51,607 bases of DNA. Source: a virus. Its lineage: Duplodnaviria > Caudoviricetes. Positions 45,933-51,607 of this stretch are shown piece after piece. The stretch is taken from positions 1-51,607 of the IMG/VR virus record IMGVR_UViG_3300047279_000159; one strand, 5' to 3'. Both the position numbers and the translations under genes were made by a program. Under the pieces are notes generated by a model. That model saw nothing but the letters and a program-made list of their open reading frames with translations, was not told where the DNA came from and searched no databases. The first letter of the stretch is position 1; every line of letters starts with the position of its first letter.

Positions 45933-46393
45933 TTTTCCAGGAGTCCTTGCCGAATCAACGATTCTAGAAGTTTGGGAAGAGGCTTATATAGAACCACAAG
46001 CTTGCCCAGGTTACCACGTTTTTTAACCAGCTTGCCTTTTTCGTCTCGCACCTTGTCAAATTCTCCTGAACGAATTAAGTACTCGGCTACGCATCGCAGC
46101 CGACGTTTTAAAGGTAGTTCGGCCAGGGGGAATTTACCACAGATCGTATCTGGTTGCATGTCTTTAAAAGCAATACGCAACCTATTTGCCAAAGTCATAT
46201 TGGAATTAGCGTCCTCTTCTTCGTAACTTTTTAAGTTTTGTAAATAACGACGCAAGCACTCAGTATCAAATGAGCCACTAGGTGGTAGAAAATCTATAAC
46301 TTGAAGTTGCAAAGACTCCGACAGCATCTCACAACAGTTTTCAACTGTTATGGAATCAATGCAAATCCCTTGGAAACGATGAGCCGTCATCAC
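45929..46393 (-). CDS. hypothetical protein
   Basis: 154-aa coupled ORF. Confidence 0.7.
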   Translation of the reverse strand: MMTAHRFQGICIDSITVENCCEMLSESLQLQVIDFLPPSGSFDTECLRRYLQNLKSYEEEDANSNMTLANRLRIAFKDMQPDTICGKFPLAELPLKRRLRCVAEYLIRSGEFDKVRDEKGKLVKKRGNLGKLVVLYKPLPKLLESLIRQGLLEK

Positions 46394-46803
46394 AGCTTTC
46401 CTTCTGTAGTGCTTTGATACAAAGGTTTTAGTTTGTGGAAATCAGAGTCAATTGTTGGCCTGTCTTTGGAGAATGAACGCACCAAATGGTTCCAGGGTAT
46501 ACGAATGACTGCACGCTTACTGTCATCTGGGCAAACGTTAATGTAGTGAACGCCTTCGATCCAGCCTTTATCTGCATTTTTTCGACCGGTCGCCATCCAG
46601 TTGCGAATAGTTTGATCAGATACGCCAAGACGCCTAGAGCACTCATCAGTTGAAATATACTCATCCGCAAAAGCTTCTGGATTTAAAAGATTTGTTTCAC
46701 CGTTCTGATAACGACTGTGCCACATAGATGCCAAGATATTTCTAATCCCTTTTAACTCGTGAGAAACGTCCTCCAATCCTTTTCTAATTCCAAAAGAAGC
46801 CAT
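46390..46803 (-). CDS. MerR/excisionase-like HTH protein
   Basis: YISTDECSRRLGVSDQTIRNW...WIEGVHY. Confidence 0.75.
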   Translation of the reverse strand: MASFGIRKGLEDVSHELKGIRNILASMWHSRYQNGETNLLNPEAFADEYISTDECSRRLGVSDQTIRNWMATGRKNADKGWIEGVHYINVCPDDSKRAVIRIPWNHLVRSFSKDRPTIDSDFHKLKPLYQSTTEGKL

Positions 46804-46858
46804 GCGTCCATATGTCTTTTTTATATGTTAGTGTGTGAGGAAACGTTTTGTCGCGCAA

Positions 46859-47194
46859 ATGGAAGAACAACTTACTCCCAGTACACCCGCACCAGCAGTT
46901 ACTCCAACAATGGCGTCCACCATTACGCCAGAAGCTTTGGAACAAATGAAAGCGCGGGCCAGAGAAGAGGCGATTCGTATCACTATGGAACAACGCCGAC
47001 AGTTGGTAAATGCCCCTGTTCCAACTTCAACAGCATTCCAACCGCAACCCCAAGTCATTTATCTACGCCGTAACCTGACAGTTGCCGAGTTGATTTTGAC
47101 TGTTTTTCTAGCCTGTGGCATTGTACTAGGCGTGCAAGCCAGCTGGAATTTTGGTAGTAAGTTTTTACCACGCATTGAGATTAAAGTTAAATAA
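46859..47194 (+). CDS. membrane protein
   Basis: C-terminal TM LILTVFLACGIVLGV. Confidence 0.65.
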   Translation: MEEQLTPSTPAPAVTPTMASTITPEALEQMKARAREEAIRITMEQRRQLVNAPVPTSTAFQPQPQVIYLRRNLTVAELILTVFLACGIVLGVQASWNFGSKFLPRIEIKVK

Positions 47195-47248
47195 TTTAGT
47201 AAACACAGAGAAACTATAATTAAATCAAGAGCACCTATGCGTAGATAA

Positions 47249-48907
47249 ATGGCCAACAAGCGCATTACTGATTTACAAGAAATTGCAGGTATTGACGTTG
47301 CAGAGGCGGATCTGTTTACTCTTGTACATGTAAACGAACCTGACCCGGCGTTAAAAAATAAAAAAATTACCCTTTCTGGTACCAAACAGTATTTAAATGT
47401 TTATTATCTTCCTCGAACAGGAGGAACAGTTAGCGGTAATGTCACCGTTCAAAATGACCTGACAATATCGGGTTTAACTACAACTTCAGGTTTAGTAGTT
47501 GAAAACCAAGCTACAATCACTTCTTTAACTGTTGTTAATAACGCAACCGTAAGCGGAATTATTAGTGGTATTACTGTTACAGGTTCCAATTTACAAGGAA
47601 CCAATGTAAACGGTGTGAATATTACCGCAGCATCAATTACAGGCTCGGTCATCAATGCTGTAAGCGGAACTTTTTCAACACGTTTAAGCGGCGCCACAAT
47701 CACAGGAAATAATATTTCTGGTACTTCAGGAGTTTTTAATTCGCTAAGCGGAACAACAATTACAGGTGGAACTGTTCAAGCAACATCGGGTGTTTTTGGA
47801 ACGCTTGTAACACCCTTGCTGGTTGTTAGCGGAAGTTTAACTGTTGAAAGTGGTTTAATAGTTTCTGGTCTTGCTCAATTTGCAGGGAATGTAAATAGCA
47901 GTGGCACTTTTTCGGGTGTTGCTATTACTGGCACCACAGTTAGAGCAACAAGTATTACGGGGGTATCGGGTGTTTTTACAACACAACTTAGTGGAGCAAC
48001 AATTACAGGAAATATAATTGCTGCTAGCCAAGTTACGGGTGTTTCTGGTACTTTTACAACTAATATTTCTGGTGCAACTGTTACTGGTAATACAGGTTCT
48101 TTTGGCCTTACTACTGCTATTTCTGGTGTTTTTACTCAAATTATTTCAGGAGCTGTAATTACTGGTAATGCAGGACAATTTTCAAATATTACAGGCGTCT
48201 CTGGTGTATACACCAATTTATCTGGTGCCACCATAAGTGGCGATTTGATTAAAGTTTCTAGCATTACTGGTATCTCTGGAGTATTTACTACTTCTATTTC
48301 AGGAGTAAATATTACAGGAGACACAGGTAGATTTTCTACTATTACTGGAGTCAGTGGTGTTTTTACTACAAGACTTAGCGGTGCAACTATTACCGGTAAT
48401 ACTATTCTTGTTTCTACAATTACCGGCGAAACAGGGACATTTACAACTTCAGTATCAGGCTTAACTGTTACAGGAAACACAGGTAGATTTACAAATCTTA
48501 CAGGTATTGCATGTGGTTTTGATACAGTAACTGCTTCTTCTGGAAATATTACTACTTTAGAAACAACAAACTTGCTTTACGTTACTCCAAAATCATGTAC
48601 AATTTTTGAGCCGGGAGCAGGAGATCATATAACCTGGTTTTATACAACAAGAGCAACAACAATTAACTCTGTAAGAAGTGTATTAACAGGAACAAGTCCA
48701 AGTGTAACTTTTTCAATATTTAGTGGTCCAAGCCGTTCAACAAGCACAACGACTAATGTAAGCTCACAAACAGTTACAAGTACCACAACAGGTACTTCTG
48801 TTGGAGTTCTTACTGCAGCTATTGCTGCTAATAGCTGGGTTTGGGTATCAATAAACGCTTTATCTGGAACGGTTGCTAGTTTTAATGTTGTGTCATTTTT
48901 TAGTTAG
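47249..48907 (+). CDS. tail fibre/spike with ITGxSGVFTxxLSGAT repeats
   Basis: MANKRITDL N-terminus, repeated beta motif, C-terminal domain homologous to the collagen fibre tip. Confidence 0.75.
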   Translation: MANKRITDLQEIAGIDVAEADLFTLVHVNEPDPALKNKKITLSGTKQYLNVYYLPRTGGTVSGNVTVQNDLTISGLTTTSGLVVENQATITSLTVVNNATVSGIISGITVTGSNLQGTNVNGVNITAASITGSVINAVSGTFSTRLSGATITGNNISGTSGVFNSLSGTTITGGTVQATSGVFGTLVTPLLVVSGSLTVESGLIVSGLAQFAGNVNSSGTFSGVAITGTTVRATSITGVSGVFTTQLSGATITGNIIAASQVTGVSGTFTTNISGATVTGNTGSFGLTTAISGVFTQIISGAVITGNAGQFSNITGVSGVYTNLSGATISGDLIKVSSITGISGVFTTSISGVNITGDTGRFSTITGVSGVFTTRLSGATITGNTILVSTITGETGTFTTSVSGLTVTGNTGRFTNLTGIACGFDTVTASSGNITTLETTNLLYVTPKSCTIFEPGAGDHITWFYTTRATTINSVRSVLTGTSPSVTFSIFSGPSRSTSTTTNVSSQTVTSTTTGTSVGVLTAAIAANSWVWVSINALSGTVASFNVVSFFS

Positions 48908-48918
48908 GTAATATTACG

Positions 48919-49461
48919 TTGACTAATTCTAAAAACAAACCAGCGCAAAACCCACTTTCCGTTGCTTACATGAGTCAACGGGATAATTACCGGGATGCAT
49001 CACGAACTTGTTTCAGTTCAAGTTGTGCAATGATGTTGAAATTTTTAAAACCCACTTCTATCAAAAATGATGATGATTACATTAGAACCGTTTTTAGTTT
49101 TGGTGATAGTACTGATAGTAGTATTCAACTGGTCGCCTTAAGACACTATGGTATTACTGCTAAATTCACAACAAAAGGTAACCGAGATTTAATTAAAAAA
49201 CAAATTGATTTAGGTAAGCCAGTACCCGCAGGTTTTCTTCACCATGGCACTGTACAAAAACCGCAGGGTGGGGGACATTACCTCTGTATTATCGGATACG
49301 ATATTAATGGCTACTGGGTCCACGATCCCTGGGGCAATTGTGACCTAGTGAAAGGAACGTACCCTTCTACTGATGGTAAAAAATTACATTACAGTTACCA
49401 AAATTTTGAACCCCGTTGGTTAGTCGAGGGCCAAAATTCTGGTTGGTGTATTGTTGCTTAG
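48919..49461 (+). CDS. C39-like cysteine peptidase (putative endolysin)
   Basis: Y.SQRDN...TCFSSSCAM...GGHYLCIIGYD...VHDPWG. Confidence 0.8.
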   Translation: MTNSKNKPAQNPLSVAYMSQRDNYRDASRTCFSSSCAMMLKFLKPTSIKNDDDYIRTVFSFGDSTDSSIQLVALRHYGITAKFTTKGNRDLIKKQIDLGKPVPAGFLHHGTVQKPQGGGHYLCIIGYDINGYWVHDPWGNCDLVKGTYPSTDGKKLHYSYQNFEPRWLVEGQNSGWCIVA

Positions 49462-49727
49462 CGATCTAACCAAGGAGATTTGATCTCCATTGCTCCACCA
49501 AGCAATTGACTTTCCCCTGTTTGAAGAGTTTTATCAATAGGGTGCTCAATAATTTTTGGTAGATTTACCTCAATTGGTTGAGTAGCTTTCCAATCTTCAA
49601 TAGCACGATCAATTTTAGGCGTAAGAGTTTTTTCAAACTTATAATCTTGCGCCCATTTTTGAAGGTGATCTACAGCAGTGGGTTTACCAAATTGGAAGAA
49701 CCAAACAGGCTCTTCCTTCAGCGCTTT
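49458..49727 (-). CDS. start-less -1 frame ORF extending the holin-like gene
   Basis: 89 sense codons (KALKEEPVWFFQFG...LLGGAMEIKSPWLDR); an in-frame TAA lies just upstream and there is no ATG/GTG/TTG until near the end. Confidence 0.6.
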   Translation of the reverse strand, partial: KALKEEPVWFFQFGKPTAVDHLQKWAQDYKFEKTLTPKIDRAIEDWKATQPIEVNLPKIIEHPIDKTLQTGESQLLGGAMEIKSPWLDR

Positions 49728-49855
49728 GGCAAGAGTACCTTCAGCACTTTAAGGATTAATTGAACCCAAGTATTTTCTTTAATGGGTAATAGCCCAATAA
49801 TTTCAGAGCCCGCACCATAAAGAATGGCGATAACAGCAACGGTAGTAGCGTCCAT
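49718..49855 (-). CDS. holin-like small membrane protein (45 aa)
   Basis: MDATTVAVIAILYGAGSEIIGLLPIKENTWVQLILKVLKVLLPKR; adjacent to the peptidase. Confidence 0.65.
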   Translation of the reverse strand: MDATTVAVIAILYGAGSEIIGLLPIKENTWVQLILKVLKVLLPKR

Positions 49856-49884
49856 AAGAGGTAGATCGGTTTAAATTTATTCTA

Positions 49885-50313
49885 TCAACCTTTATTGTAA
49901 AAAAAGAAAGATTTATGTTCTTCTGATATTTGCCAATTAGGATCTTCACGGTTTTCAAACCATTTTTTCCATGCACGAAATTGTTTTTCTGGCTTTGCCG
50001 ATTCGCAACACATTGTCATTGAGTCTCCCACTGGTAATTCTTTTGCCCATTGCCGAACTTGCCGCATAGCAATGATCTGAAGACGGATACCAATCTTACC
50101 GGTCAAAGACATATCCAGGTGGCGGACCCTGGTATTTTTTCGTCTTTTCATCCAATCGTTTATCTGCCTTTTGCTTTTGGATGCAGCCAGACTTGCAAGC
50201 CATACACATCCGTTCTTGGTGTAAATCCAAGGAGATAAACGCATTTTCAGGAAATACCCCTTCCCAATGTTTTTTGTAAATATTTTTTTTCTTTTCCTGA
50301 TTCGGTAGGTCAT
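49885..50313 (-). CDS. basic hypothetical protein
   Basis: 142-aa ORF. Confidence 0.65.
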   Translation of the reverse strand: MTYRIRKRKKIFTKNIGKGYFLKMRLSPWIYTKNGCVWLASLAASKSKRQINDWMKRRKNTRVRHLDMSLTGKIGIRLQIIAMRQVRQWAKELPVGDSMTMCCESAKPEKQFRAWKKWFENREDPNWQISEEHKSFFFYNKG

Positions 50314-50453
50314 CCATCAGTTGTCGTGTATTTTGCACTCCCTTTCCCAGGGGTTTTCCTCACAATAACGTTTAAACTTTTCTTCTAATGGTAAAACTAC
50401 CTCAATTTCACAACGTTTAAACAGTTTGCATATTAACCAGTTGTAAAAGCTAA

Positions 50454-51227
50454 TCATAAAGTAGTAGCAAGGGGTACAAAAATACTTGGGAACCTGTCAT
50501 CTTGTTGATGTTCACGTACCCATGCAGCTTGCCATTCTCCTAAAGAATGTGCGTGCTCTTGTTCGCCAGTATAGTATTCAGTAATATCGCAGTAAATGTG
50601 GTTTTCTGGATCTTCAATAACTGTAGGGTCGGTGACAGTTTCATAGATAAGAAAGTTTGCTCCACCAGATTCTAGTAAATATTCAGGTTGAAAATCCTCA
50701 ACCTCAACAATCAAGCCAACGGAATAATTTAAAGGTTCATTTCGCGTAGTTGATACACAAAGTAAATAAAAACCTGGAGGTAATACAAAATAACGATCAT
50801 CTCCTTTATCAATACGAGCCGGGTCAAAATTATTATACAAATCAGACTGAGCACCCATTGTGTGCCCAAAGTATGGATAATATTTTTTACCGTCTACTGT
50901 TGTTTGTATACTATCTTTATCAAAAATACCGCGAGCTTGAATTGGATTTTGATTTAAATCAAAAGCAGAAACTTGTATATACTGAGGACGTGGCTCTCCT
51001 TTGACTGTAATAATCCAAGCATTTGTTAGCAGGTTAATTTTAAACCAGTGGTTATATGTACCCCCGCCATAACCCCCATTAGATGTATCCCAGCTATCTG
51101 GTCTTCCAATAACTTGTGAAGTTGGTCCAAGCGTTCCCGTTAAAAGACGCAAAGAAGTCCTGTCAAATGAGCCAAGATTTAGAGGATTATCTACACTGCG
51201 TTGCCGTTGGCTGTTTTGATTACGCAT
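50454..51227 (-). CDS. hypothetical beta-rich protein
   Basis: 257-aa ORF. Confidence 0.7.
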   Translation of the reverse strand: MRNQNSQRQRSVDNPLNLGSFDRTSLRLLTGTLGPTSQVIGRPDSWDTSNGGYGGGTYNHWFKINLLTNAWIITVKGEPRPQYIQVSAFDLNQNPIQARGIFDKDSIQTTVDGKKYYPYFGHTMGAQSDLYNNFDPARIDKGDDRYFVLPPGFYLLCVSTTRNEPLNYSVGLIVEVEDFQPEYLLESGGANFLIYETVTDPTVIEDPENHIYCDITEYYTGEQEHAHSLGEWQAAWVREHQQDDRFPSIFVPLATTL

Positions 51228-51245
51228 TATTACGCTTATTAATAG

Positions 51246-51607
51246 TTAGCCTCCTTCATCATAATCGGGCACGTCTTTAACATTCAACGGGTGTGTAATA
51301 GTTTGTTTATATTCTTGTGTAATAATTTCTTGTTCACGATTTAAAAGCCGAGCCCGGTTGATCTGCATTAATTTTTCTGCTTTAAATTCCATTTCAAATG
51401 GATACACTTTCTCGGGTGGAAAAGCACGATTCCAGCTGGATACCATATGTAACGGGTTCCCACATTTGGGATTCCCGCAAGCACGGGTAACGATCAAAGC
51501 CCCCACATCCCCCCAGGCGCACTGGTATAACGCCTTATGTATGGTCACGTTCTCAGATTTCTGATGGCTATAGGCTGCCCTGTAAGAAGGCATACACACA
51601 CGCTTGG
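51246..51607 (-). CDS. His-Me finger/HNH-like protein, probably 5'-truncated by the window edge
   Basis: HKALY...IVTRACGNPKCGNPLHM resembles H.C.N..C.NP.HL. Confidence 0.55.
   Translation of the reverse strand, partial: KRVCMPSYRAAYSHQKSENVTIHKALYQCAWGDVGALIVTRACGNPKCGNPLHMVSSWNRAFPPEKVYPFEMEFKAEKLMQINRARLLNREQEIITQEYKQTITHPLNVKDVPDYDEGG

Noticed and set aside
38142-46803. Prophage integration module (two excisionase-like HTH genes)
   Set aside because: No integrase, att site or host genes seen in the window

Overview
This 51.6 kb window is part of a lytic-looking dsDNA tailed phage genome. The host is most likely a cyanobacterium, judging from an NblA-like gene, TTTTCCACA boxes and small-protein families typical of cyanophages. 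Layout: (i) 1-6950 is a leftward cluster of small early-type genes; (ii) about 6950-7540 is a non-coding divergence region; (iii) 7858-38090 is a rightward virion module with candidate internal/ejection proteins, terminase, portal, scaffold, major capsid, adaptor, two virion muralytic enzymes, a collagen-like fibre, duplicated polyglycine adhesin-like genes and a glycosyltransferase-methyltransferase; (iv) 38142-51607 is mixed, with HNH, GH24 lysozyme, NblA-like, DUF3310, dCTP deaminase, a degenerate adenine MTase, a second fibre, a C39-like peptidase and a holin-like gene. No tape-measure or sheath gene was recognised, which suggests a short-tailed virion (inference). The most unusual signal is in the early cluster, where many intergenic gaps hold one of three repeated, covarying RNA structure families: four tRNA-like T-arm modules, three or four switchable long hairpins and two H-type pseudoknots. 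These may form an RNA-level processing or regulatory system. Other highlights are a probable programmed -1 frameshift extending the holin-like gene, a circularly permuted M23 peptidase, a 635-nt portal/scaffold overlap and an unannotated near-identical 59-aa gene pair. All calls come from reading motifs by eye; no searches or folding programs were run.
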